A stretch of DNA of 20,000 bases. It comes from Albugo candida. Lineage: Eukaryota. The stretch is from contig JBDOQK010000032.1 of assembly GCA_040437565.1 (NCBI GenBank), positions 368,522-388,521 of the forward strand. The letters run 5' to 3'. Under the pieces are notes generated by a model. That model saw only the letters and a program-made list of their open reading frames with translations, did no database searches and was not told the origin of the DNA. Shown here piece by piece: positions 1 to 11,003 of this stretch (its first letter is position 1; each line of letters starts with the position of its first letter). A program made the position numbers and the translations under genes.

Positions 1-322
1 TTATTTCTCATCTATTGCTGTCGCTGTAGGAGGCAATCCCATCCTGGAAAAAATCATGGATTCTTTGCATTCTTCTATCGGTTAAAAATGACGCTAAGGA
101 AAAGTATTTGAGAGTTGTACATTCAGTTAACCGTTGCGCGACTACCTGTACTACATTCAGAAACAAGAACCGCTTCATTTGTGCACTTGATGGTAGTTGC
201 TTATTCGACCCCGCAAACAATATATCGTCAACCGTAAGAATAGCGGAGGCCTTCCACGTACATCATTAAGTACGACAGCGTACAATAAACTTAACCTTAC
301 GTTTGCGCGATTCCCGCGTAAA

Positions 323-2896
323 ATGAGTGAAATTGTTGAGAATCAATCCACCGCGTCTGATGACATTGACGACTGTAATCTTGCTCACATTCAACATAAC
401 CAATACTATATTCACAATCTAATAGAGAACGGGAATGATCAATTACTTTGTCGATTATTATCACCAAAACAAAATGATAAGGAAGATGCTTCTTTCCAAG
501 GTCTCCAGGTAAAAATGGCCGCGGAAGCGTTTCTTCTCGAGAAAGACGAGACAGGATGCCTACCGATTCACATTGGAATCATCCATCAGCGCGTCGAGTG
601 CGTCGAATACCTTATTCAGTATTCCATTCCACTCACATGCTCTATGATTCGTCAACAATGCGGAGACTTGGAGACTCCTTTTTTTCATTTGTTGATGCGA
701 GTTGGAGCTCTGAATGCTGAATTTGCGACCCGAATTGTCCGATATGTAACGACTGTTCTCGTATCGGATACCGTCGGTAGATGGATCGAAAACTTGACAG
801 ATGATCATAAAAAAGAATTAGAATTGGTGCTTTGGGAGACGTTGAATCAGAAAGACGATGAAGGCAACACAGTATTTCATTTGTGTGCTCGAAACGACTT
901 GATAGATTGCTTCAAGATGTTCGTATCGTTCTACATGAAGCACTCTGTATTGCACGAAAAAGACGGGAATGATTGGACGATATCAACTGTTCTTGAACGA
1001 CATAATCGTGTTGGGTATCGTCCACTGCATGTGGCGATGAAATATCAGAGCATTCTTGTGGCTAAAGGGCTACTTGAAGACCATCATGTTTGTGTATCGG
1101 CCGCAACGTCCAACACCAAGCAGAATCCAGCGCATATTGCAGCGAGTGTAGGCTTTACCCAAGGCCTCAAATTGTTGCGGCAGATGGATCATTCGATCTT
1201 TTCCCAGGAAGATTTCTGTGGGAACACACCAATACAGATCGCAAAGAATTGTGGGTTTCTACATGCGTCTCAAGTGCTGACTCTTGATCAAACGCAATCA
1301 AAGTCGGACCAAGAAATCGATACAATGCTAAATTCTTCGACGGTATTTTTACATCACGATGATTGCTTCCAGCACCTTCCAACGGCGTACTATCGTCGGG
1401 GTGAGCAGGAACCACCACCTGAATGTCCTGAGCGTCTCGAGACTTTATTAAATTCGACATATGGAATTTTGCGGAGTAAAGAATTTCTCGAGCATCATGT
1501 CGTCCACGACACCAACATTCCCCACGCCGACATTGCCGATATCTTACGGGTGCACGAATACCACTACGTCAATAAGATACAGCAATGCTGTCAACGGCTG
1601 AAGGACGATGCAAGCAGCACTGCTTCGTTGGACTCGGATACAGCGCTTTCCTCTAATTCATACAAAGCCGCCACTCGAGCTGCCGGAGCTGTATGTAGAG
1701 CTGTGGATTTGTTGATGCAGTCAAAACACACCAATGCTTTCTGTCTTGTGCGTCCCCCAGGACACCATGCGGGACCGGTGGGTAAAGTTGTCAGCATAAA
1801 CGATCCCGAAGGCTCGAATGGATTTTGTCTCTTCAACAATGTCGCTATTGGTGCAGCGTATGCGCGATCCATTTACAAGCATGCGGGATTGGAGAATATT
1901 GCGATTCTTGATTTCGATGTCCACCATGGAAACGGTACAGAAGAAATTGTACGCCATCTCATACCACGGAAAAAGATTGTTCCCTTCGAGACTGCATATG
2001 GGGAAGGGTCTCATTCTGTGCATCAGTACAAGCCGTGGCGAAGTACTGATGATACTGATCATGTATTCTTTTGCTCTGTTCACGGTTATGGGGTGAAAAT
2101 GGAAGACAGAGAAGACACCGATGATGACGAGTATGTTGACGATGACGATGATGATGAGAAAGCAAAGCCTCGAGGTTGGTTTTACCCTGCGTCAGGAGCA
2201 ACAAACGAAACAAAACCGTCTTCAGCTCCTTACATTTGGAACGTCGGACTTGATCATCCGCCATGTGACTACCGAGAAAAGTCTTCAGGGCTAATGAAGA
2301 AATACAAAGCTTCACGAAACGCAATTTCTCGTCTTCGATGGCGACAAGTGTTCCGAGAAGAGATACTCCCAGCTCTTTTGAGATTCAAACCCGACATTAT
2401 CTTTCTCTCATCCGGTTTCGATGCACATACAAAGGAGTATGTCAATTGGGGATACGTCTCCTTATTGGAACAAGATTATGAATGGCTAACGGATCAAATC
2501 AAGCTTGTCGCAGAAACGTGCTGCCAAGGACGCATCGTATCAGTGCTGGAAGGTGGTTACAATTTCCATGGACGCATGATCTCTCCATTCGCGCGAAGTG
2601 TTGCTGCTCATGCGCGCTCGTTGATTCGACCATCAAAAGCTGTATGGTCTTTCGATAGCGCCGAAGCGGAGAAGCAGCTTGAGGAACGTTTATTACGTCA
2701 GCATCAAGAACACCTCTCGATCACTGAGCAAAAAATCCAAAGCTCCACGCTTCTAGTTGGCAAACCTATGCATCCAGAATTGTTGCAAGATCAGACCGAA
2801 GTTGAGTCTTTGGAAGGAAGAGGTAAACGGAAGAGAAAAGCCGTCGATTACGTTGCATTGGCGGAGCAGCTCGCACAAGAGGATGGGTGTGCATGA
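323..2896 (+). CDS. Ankyrin-repeat + histone deacetylase (class II-like) fusion protein, single exon, 857 aa from the first ATG
   Basis: The ORF track starts at TTG 197; the first in-frame ATG is 323 (aaaATGa). N-terminal ankyrin-like repeats: KDETGCLPIHIG, KDDEGNTVFHLCA, NRVGYRPLHVAM, KQNPAHIAA, DFCGNTPIQIA. HDAC domain at about 1343-2620 with PECPERL, RPPGHHA, GFCLFNNVAIGA, ILDFDVHHGNGT, SSGFDAH and VLEGGY. Basic RGKRKRK near the C-terminus. Confidence 0.93.
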   Translation: MSEIVENQSTASDDIDDCNLAHIQHNQYYIHNLIENGNDQLLCRLLSPKQNDKEDASFQGLQVKMAAEAFLLEKDETGCLPIHIGIIHQRVECVEYLIQYSIPLTCSMIRQQCGDLETPFFHLLMRVGALNAEFATRIVRYVTTVLVSDTVGRWIENLTDDHKKELELVLWETLNQKDDEGNTVFHLCARNDLIDCFKMFVSFYMKHSVLHEKDGNDWTISTVLERHNRVGYRPLHVAMKYQSILVAKGLLEDHHVCVSAATSNTKQNPAHIAASVGFTQGLKLLRQMDHSIFSQEDFCGNTPIQIAKNCGFLHASQVLTLDQTQSKSDQEIDTMLNSSTVFLHHDDCFQHLPTAYYRRGEQEPPPECPERLETLLNSTYGILRSKEFLEHHVVHDTNIPHADIADILRVHEYHYVNKIQQCCQRLKDDASSTASLDSDTALSSNSYKAATRAAGAVCRAVDLLMQSKHTNAFCLVRPPGHHAGPVGKVVSINDPEGSNGFCLFNNVAIGAAYARSIYKHAGLENIAILDFDVHHGNGTEEIVRHLIPRKKIVPFETAYGEGSHSVHQYKPWRSTDDTDHVFFCSVHGYGVKMEDREDTDDDEYVDDDDDDEKAKPRGWFYPASGATNETKPSSAPYIWNVGLDHPPCDYREKSSGLMKKYKASRNAISRLRWRQVFREEILPALLRFKPDIIFLSSGFDAHTKEYVNWGYVSLLEQDYEWLTDQIKLVAETCCQGRIVSVLEGGYNFHGRMISPFARSVAAHARSLIRPSKAVWSFDSAEAEKQLEERLLRQHQEHLSITEQKIQSSTLLVGKPMHPELLQDQTEVESLEGRGKRKRKAVDYVALAEQLAQEDGCA

Positions 2897-3069
2897 TTGC
2901 TTTTGGTGCGTCTCTTACGTCACAGATGCAAGAGCGGGGCTGTCAGAATATGGAAACGCTTCGAATTTGAAAGAAAAATATATCTGCCAATCATAGCCAC
3001 GTAGCTTGAATGCACATGTTACATTAAAAATTCAATGTGCAAGAATTGCATTCAGTGAGACTACCTTTT

Positions 3070-6000
3070 CGAAGTTACTCCGAGACGAGCGTGGGACATT
3101 TGTATATCATAGATGATGATCCACACGTTTCCTGCACAAAAAGTTGCGTTTTTTTATGTGTTGAACAATTTGATTCCAGGTAGATACTTACTTCTCGATA
3201 ATGACAATAGAATCATCCCCCACATCATCTCTATCCAACGCCATTTAACAAACCACATATGGTGTTGGAAACAAGCAAAGTACATTATTTTACTCAAGCA
3301 TGACGTGATCTGCAGCACTCGGTGATCCGAAAGATGATCAGTAATAGTAAGATGTTACAGCTCTTGCTTGATCGCGTCTTGATGTTAGCGAGAGAACGCT
3401 TCACGACGCTTTTGTCCGCAAAAGTCGAATGTGAAGGCTTTAGCCATCTTAGATACATCGCTCGAGTGATAATGCTCATCGCGACGATCTCGTCATCCTT
3501 ACAGCATAGAGAATCGGATGTCTTCCACATCTTAATGATTGACTACGACGGAATAGTATCGAGGTTTGATAGCTCAGATAAGAGCTCCGTCTTCCAATTT
3601 CTGTTTTATATAGCCGAATTATGTTGATGGCTCGATAGTCCGCTTTCTTTCACTTGACGCACCTCTGAGTGACCTTATCCATATACACGTACTTTTCTGT
3701 CTGAAAGGCGTGTTCACGCACGACCAAGCTTTGGTTGCCGTGGCAACATGCTGCGGGCATATTATTTCTAGAGTCGGTGCTTTGTAGAAATAATGCTGGT
3801 GTTGCTTACAGTCTACGACTTGATCGGATGCATATGTGCTACTGTTCGAGGCTACTTGCAGTGAGCGTTAGCATACTTCAAAAGCTTCATACCAATGACC
3901 AAGACAAGACCGACGAATTGAAGCAGTAGTGGGATGACGGATAGGCGATTACAGGTATATCCTATTCCAAGTCACAAAGGAATTGTCACTTCAGTTCTAA
4001 TGCTAGTGAAAACCAAAGGTGCAATGCCCGAGAAAAACTTTGTGGGCAAGGTGCCCCCGAACCACCTTGTATTTTTGTAAATGGCAGCCAGTCTGTAAAT
4101 ATTGGTCCAGTATTGCATGCTAGTAAGGTCGAATAGCCTTCGATAGAAGAACGCTTGCATAACTCCCCTACCGAGTCGATAAGCTTACAAAGTAGGTGAA
4201 GGAGTATCCGTCGTAGGATTATGATATGAGAGGCAGGACGGTCCACCGTACATCACTACACCCATGTAGTATCCTACTCTGAAAGCAGACTTGCTAATTA
4301 ACCGAGTATGAAGTCGCGATAGTGGGTTGAAGACGTCCGTTGCGGGTTGTGGTCCTGAAAGCGGTCCATCTTGAGGAATATAAGCTATCGTCCCCCACCG
4401 AGAAGTAGAAGTAAAAATAACATCTAGTCAGCGACCAGTACGTAATGTTTGATTTTTTCCATATACTTGGACGAGTCTCGATAGTCTCTGAGAAGACGGA
4501 GGGAATGATCTGCAAAGGTCAAAAAATGTGATGTGTCGAGGAGTTGTAACGGATTTTAAGCTGTCCTATCGAGACGCAGAGATAAGCCAAAAATGGTTCC
4601 AAGAAAGCACAATAAGCGAATATGAAAGGGGGTCACCTTGGTGAGCTACGCTGTCAGATCAAAAATAAATATAGCGCGACCATTAAGCTATACGGTTATC
4701 GCAATACAATCTAGCTTGTAGACCATTACACACTGTCCGAAGCTTGCACGAAGCTCAATGTAAGATCATGTCAGCATCGAGAACTCCAACTGGCAGAGGT
4801 GATATACATATATATTTAAATCGGACTAATAAATGTCGAGTCAATCTACTCTGAACTATGCCTATGCCTCTGTGATCGGTATCAATGTGCTTCCGTAGGA
4901 CTTTGCGCAGGCGATAAGCAAGAATTTGAGAGCAAGCTTTGCCACATGATTAATTGAGTGTTAAAGTAGGCTTGTAGTTGCTGAGTTCTGTCTTCACCTT
5001 CCATTCAAAGAAAAGCAACGGTATCCCGCGTTATTTGTTGACCAGTATTCCTTGTTAAGTTGTGCTGAACATAAACTCTTTGCAAAGTTGAGATGAAGAG
5101 CTGAAATACTTTACTACAAATTCCATCGTAGCTGGGAGCTTTATAAAGGTGTGAAGACTTTATTGCCCATTAATAGTCTTTTTCTGTAAAGGAAGCATCG
5201 CTTCAGGCATTGTCATGTGCCCGGCCGAGAGGCACATTGTGGCATTTCGAAGTAGGGATCTGAGCTCTACCGGATCCTAGCTGAGGTAATGAACACGAGC
5301 AAAATACTTTGTTGAAGGAGATCAAAGCATTCAAGCCCGATATTACGAAAGATCTGGTAGCCATTTCATCAAGCTCGGTACTGTGAAATTCACTAAGGCG
5401 TTGCGTCGAAAATGATGCAAACTTCTCGTATGGTCGATTTCGCTTGACAAAGGAACGTCTAAGTAGTTTTTTCCCTGTATCGGATAATTTTGTCGAGCTG
5501 ATTCCCCGAAGCAAGTGTTTTTCTGCGTTGTGTCATTTCAGACAGCGGCTTTGACTCGTTTTGCCTTTTAACCCCACGAAGACGAGCCAGAAAGATTGCC
5601 AGGTTGTACTGAATCGCTACTCGTTCCTCTAGAATTTTAAGACGCAAGGAGGAATCTACAGGAATGTATATCATAAATCGTAAGCTGTACTTTTGAGCTG
5701 AAATGTGTTCGGTAAGTGATCGGTATCATGGTAGCTATTGGCTTTCTGAGCTAATCGTGACCAAAGTTTAGGCAAAGAGTTGTGTCGAAATAACAGAGTA
5801 GTCAATGTCATTGCAGCGTCCAGGACCTGCAAATTACCGCATGTTGAGGTGAGTTGATCGCCATGTGTACTGTGTGCTAAACATCTTCGGACAATCGTGT
5901 AGGCAAAGACCTAAGAAACGCTGTCTGATAAACATATGGACAGAGCATATGGACCCATATGTGTTGCTATTCGATTAATTTGTACATACTCGTGTAACGA

Positions 6001-7200
6001 CTCTGGGGACGTATACTTTTTTCCTTCACAATAGCTTTAGAAAAACTCAATGAAAGGCAGCAATGCTTATAAAGAATGGTGTAATTCATGACTACAATAT
6101 ATTTCAACTGCTTCCTTGAAGATTTCCTGTCACCGACAATAAAGAAAAAACGAAGCTGGATAAGCGCCTATGCACTGAGAAACGCAGTGGTGAGATTGGC
6201 AAAATCGACTTTGGTCTTCCAGGGCTAGCCTTAACCACTATATGGATATCATTACAAAAAATACCTTCTTCTCGCTCTTGAGTTGGAAATATGATTCCTT
6301 TTTCCTATTTCGCTATTTTCGATTACCCGTTGCTGCATCACGGTTGCTATATCGTTGGGTTGCTATGCCAACTTTTTTTGCGTCCCATACGTTTGTATTC
6401 CAGTAACATGGCATGTCGATGCAATAGAAATTAGTGTGAATGCAGCCCGCTTTTCGTTACAATGGGCAACGGGTTATCAATTTCTGTAAACTTCAAGCTG
6501 ATCAATTGTGTAATTCTTTCGTGGCGTCAGCTACCGGGTGCAAAGAACTTATCAAGTCGCTGCTGAAAGCAAATGCGCTAATTGATGCTTTATACAAGCA
6601 GCAAGCAGCATTATCCTCGCCGCGATCAAGTCTATCAACATGAGTGACCCATTCGGATAAGGAACTATTTCGTCATCGCGGGGTAGCCAAGAGCTCCTTG
6701 CTGACTTGCTCTGATAAAATGAATCTACTTGAAGTAGATCAGCGCATCTCACCGTGCTGCACCGCTAAATAAACTTGTCTTTCATACAATGTCCAAACAG
6801 CGGTGTATGCTGGAGAGAGTAAAATATTATCAGTGGGGATGAGAGTATATCATTTGAATTTCATCGTCAGCGTAATTTTAGTTGCAAGGCAATTAGTATT
6901 TGCCAAGTATGACGATTAGCCTACCAATAAAATTTAAGCCGCAGTTGTGATAACGAACGACATCCAGCCGGTCTACCTTTCGATCTGATCTGGATTGTAC
7001 AATGATCCAGTAAATCATCAAGTCAGATTGCATGATAGCAACCATTGTTACAGCTCTATTGAAGTCCTCGGTGTCTTCCCCACAAGTGACACAGCCGGGT
7101 CAAAAGATGTAATCGGTCTCATACATACTGTTCTGAAGCTTGCCCATATTTTATTGCACTTTGTCCTCCCATATACTTTTAATGAAATTCTCTACGATGC
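3070..7200 (-). pseudogene. Possible decayed or unresolved intron-rich minus-strand gene; product and boundaries unknown
   Basis: Several 54-62 nt minus-strand GT..AG candidates (3191-3132, 3662-3601, 4441-4385, 6976-6921, 7128-7075) lie between protein-like frames broken by isolated stops. I could not thread a continuous ORF. Confidence 0.3.
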
Positions 7201-8403
7201 CTTCAATCGCACGAGGGAAAGAATAAGTGTGCAATTTTAGCGATAAGAGTCAAATGTCAGTGCAATACATGGGAACTGTACGTGAAAATGTACAAGAAGC
7301 GAGAGATAAAATGGGATAATACTGATGAAATACGTCGAACAAACACAAGGGAGCTATACAAGAATCTATAGAGCTATCTATCGATGAATATACCCCTCAT
7401 CCCAGCAATACCGCGCCGTGCAACAGTATAGTACATGATAGATAGTTTTGGTTTAAGCTATCGTGAACTCCGATTTCTTGCCTATGAGAATCAATGTCGT
7501 CTGTTCTTTGCGAGCGAGGCTGATACTCGAAACTCGAGATAGGTCAGGAAATTCGTTATATAATGTCTCCTCTCATCGCGCTCTTCATACTGAGAAAACC
7601 CACGTACTTGTCCACTTGAGTTGTTGGACTAGGACGTATGTTTGCGATCTAATCTTCGTATACCGTGTTCTCAATAAAGGACACAAAAGTTGCGTTAGCC
7701 AATTATTGTGGTCAGTGCATGAACCAATATGGATACATTATGTGCATAAGATGGAAAGTGAAGGTTCCGTGTGGCCACATCACAGTACTCTATGCAAAAA
7801 CGTGTTCGGAAAAGTTCCGCAGCTATAGGTACATATAGATTGTATTGCAGCTCTTCTTATGATTTACGACGTCGAAATAGATATACCGCAAGTTTAGCAG
7901 TAAGTTACGCATCATAACACTTTGATGCCGTGCATCCCATAGATCCGTATGTCTGACGACCGAACTGGTGACTTGAATGATGTTTGTAATATCATGTTAC
8001 AGAAAAGGATGCGCTTTATGCAAATCTGATTCGGACGGTGCTTTCTTACAAAAAAAGTACTGTCGAATCTCTCTCTCAGTTATAAGCTCTCTTCACTACC
8101 AGATGTATAGCTTTTTCATGCTTGACTTGCATTCTCCTTGTTAGTGAAGCAGAGAAACTTGCACGTATGAATTTTGCCAGGATCTCTAGCAATGGATAAT
8201 GCTGTGCAAATGAAACACTTTTTTTGCACTTAATCGACTTGACTTTACTTGTTACGTATACGTGGAATATCTTTGATCACTTTCAGTCCGCTTGCTTGAT
8301 GGGAAACGGCGGATCTCGCGTTTGAAATTTTGGCAGAACGAACCGACTTTTCTCTACTTCCCAACAAAGCGACATATATCTTTCATTTTACTTTCCTTTA
8401 GAA

Positions 8404-11003
8404 ATGGTAAATTTACGTCTGAAGCGTTTCAGTTCGCGCACTAATGACAGACATTTACGCGACGGAGATTTCCGTACAAATCCTCAGATAGCGTCGGTAG
8501 TCCATCGACAGGAAGAAAGCTCAATCTATGATGGAGTCGAAAAAGAGTGGCGGGATTGTGTGAGTGAGGATGGCAATGCGAAAGCTGAGGTCTTACCGGA
8601 AGCGATAATGAATCGAGCTTCTGAATTGGACAAGTGTGCAGGGTACGGCTATAAAGCATTTTCATCAAATCCCAGACATCGATCGAGAGATATCCCATTT
8701 CGACGTCAGAAAGACTTTTTCAAGTGTCCGCAATTGAGTCATACAACCAAGGCGATGCTGGTGCGAAAAGCCAATGATACAGCAAATGTGTTGATTCGAG
8801 ACTCAATTGAGCCAGATCCAATTTCTAGCATTATATGGAAATACCATTCCACAGTCGATGGAATACGATTGTCTCGTGGATATGACCGCGGTCATGGAAG
8901 ATCGATCATGATGCCGATCTCAAAAAGCGAGCCTCGTACTGAAGATATCAACACGTCCGATGATGAAAGGTCCGGTATCGCTTGTAAATCTGGAGCTAGA
9001 GATAGATATATTACGTGCATTCGAGGCGTGACAGAAGTGAGCGCTAGTCTGGAAGAATTCGCCATGTTGTTCAAGATGGATACAAGGAAGCAATGTAGCG
9101 ATAATAGCATGCTGTTCAATGGTGATTTATTGGATACGGAAACCTTGTATCCTTTAGTGCAGCCTTCAGGAGAACATCCTCGCCGACTTGTGGCTATTAA
9201 ATGGTCTGCGGTGCAATCACCGTCCAAATTATTTCGTAATCGCGATTTTTGCTATCTCGAGGTATGTGATCATATTTGGAAATACATGCTGGCAAAAAGC
9301 TAATGTCACCTTGTTTTGTGTAGTGTCAGAAAGAGTTTCACGATGGTAAAGGTCGGAAAGGTTGGGTGCGTAGTTTCCACTCTGTCAGAATGTCTTGCTG
9401 CCCGTCTTTTGAAAAAGAGCACGGAGTCGTTCGTGGTAGTTTGTATCGGTGTGGTCTGATTGCAATTGAGTCGGAGACCAAAGCGGGAGTGTTGGATACG
9501 ACGTACACAGTTGAGATCGATCTGAAAGGACGGGTTCCGGAAAAGATTATACGAAGTTTTCTGTGCCATCGTATAGCATCCGTTGGAACGGTCGACAAGT
9601 TATTGCAGCGTCAGCGACTGAGCACTTCGCCTTTATTAGGAGACTTGGAGATCCCAGCCAAGCAAATTCGACCGACGTGTCATTTATGCTACAGACTATT
9701 CAGCAAGATTTTCGGAGCAAAACGTTTTCTATGTCGCAGATGCGGTGAAGCAGCTTGTGCGAACTGCTGTGATTACTGGGTTTTAGACATCCCAGTCATT
9801 GGCACAAAACGAGTTTGTATATGCACGTATTGTGCAGCAGAAGCTCGAACAAATCACTCTGTTCCGCTATCATCTCGTGGCAAAGCTCGGGTTCTATATA
9901 CCCCACGTCGACTTGCTGCACACGAGAATTCAGGTTTAGCGGACAAATTCACGGACGATACTATCACTAATACACGAGAAAGAGGAAGTTCCTACTCGCG
10001 CCAGCCGGTGCTTTCAGTACAATATGCGCAGGATGTTCGGACAAGAGCAGAAAGTGACTCTCGAGGTCAGAAACCTCCATTGCAACAACAGGCACGTGAA
10101 GACAATGTAAATCAGGCTGTTAATAACGGCGACGCTCAATTGCACAAGCATTACAGCGAGAATGCCGTTGATCGAATGAACTCTCACTTATCGACTCCCA
10201 ATCCAGTCTCGGAAAAAAAATCGTTGCTCACAATACAAGATGCTGCAATTACAGATCGAAGGTGCATGCCCGAGCGTGCCCGGTCAGAAATCATCAAACC
10301 CAACACAATACCATTTTATGATGAAGCAAAGCACCTGTCCTTGAAAAAAAACGTGTCAGTAAACGTCCAAGCCAGAACAGAGCGTGAATGCGCAGGATCT
10401 CAAGCTGAGCTCACTAAGAATTGCCTGGGAAACTCATCGAATGGGAATGGCTCCAGTTCCACTAAACGACAAAGCGTTGACACACTTTCCAGCTCACATA
10501 CTAATCCATCCAGTGATATATGTGTCGCGGATTCCTGTTCAAATGATCTATCCAAAAAAACTGGTCGATCGGAAATATTTGAGTACGTGGAAGGGGACAA
10601 TGGTGAATGGATTGCGAAAGAAGGTACAAAGAAGCAATCGCAAGCGGATTCGAATAATGTTCGACATGAATCGTCGACTGGAAAACGATTGAGTCAGCTG
10701 CTAAGTCAAGACCAACAGACAAGGCTACCAGATGGACCAGAGGTCGCTTCTTCGTGCGATTCGGAGTCTCTAGTCGATTCCAACCTAGACGCTGATGACT
10801 GTCCTGGTTGTGGAACCAAGATCCAACAAATTATGCATGATGGTGTTGCTATGGATATCTGCTTCTGTCCAAACAATAGACCTCCCGTGTTGTCAGTGGA
10901 AGATATGCAAGGTTCTCACGCAGTTACTATCAACCATCAGCTCATAAAGTCTACAAGATTCTCTTGTAAGCCACTTCGAGATGAAATGACGTTCGAAATA
11001 TGA
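8404..11003 (+). CDS. START-like lipid-binding domain + FYVE-type zinc finger protein, paralog 1; exons 8404-9261 and 9324-11003, 845 aa
   Basis: Splicing GAG|gtatgt...tgtgtag|TGT joins the 299 aa and 545 aa ORFs in frame (RNRDFCYLE|CQKEFHDGKGRKGWVRSFHS). START-like motifs KWSAVQSPSKLFRNRDF and GVVRGSLYRCG are followed by an 8-Cys finger (9678-9833) and a long Ser-rich tail. Confidence 0.9.
9262..9323 (+). other. Spliceosomal intron, 62 nt, phase 0
   Basis: GTATGT donor, CTAAT branch-like motif at 9300, TTGTGTAG acceptor; removing it restores the frame. Confidence 0.9.

Noticed and set aside
8..220. 70 aa minus-strand ORF with splice-like sites
   Set aside because: Every spliced or unspliced reading I tried stops quickly and no motif is recognisable.
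197..322. 42-codon TTG-initiated N-terminal extension of the HDAC ORF
   Set aside because: This is a eukaryotic locus; ATG 323 has good context and the extension has no recognisable features.
3007..3054. Short inverted repeats (TGAATGCA/TGCATTCA; TGCACAT/ATGTGCA)
   Set aside because: Arms of 7-8 bp sharing bases are expected by chance; no target-site duplication or MITE structure.
3113..3627. Two + strand ORFs (70 and 101 aa)
   Set aside because: No motifs; they are in antisense register with protein-like minus frames and are better explained as shadows.
5933..5960. CATATG(GAC) repeated three times
   Set aside because: Too short and irregular for an array or CRISPR-like repeat.
3070..7200. 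Stop-codon reassignment as an explanation for in-frame TAA/TGA
   Set aside because: Intact genes in the window end with TGA, TAG and TAA and have no internal stops, so the standard code applies.
7463..7828. 121 aa GTG-start + strand ORF
   Set aside because: No recognisable motif or clear exon structure.
8381..8403. TTTCATTTTACTTTCCTTTAG just before ATG 8404
   Set aside because: Could be either an INR/FPR element or a 5' UTR splice acceptor; no donor at the typical distance, so it is left uncalled.
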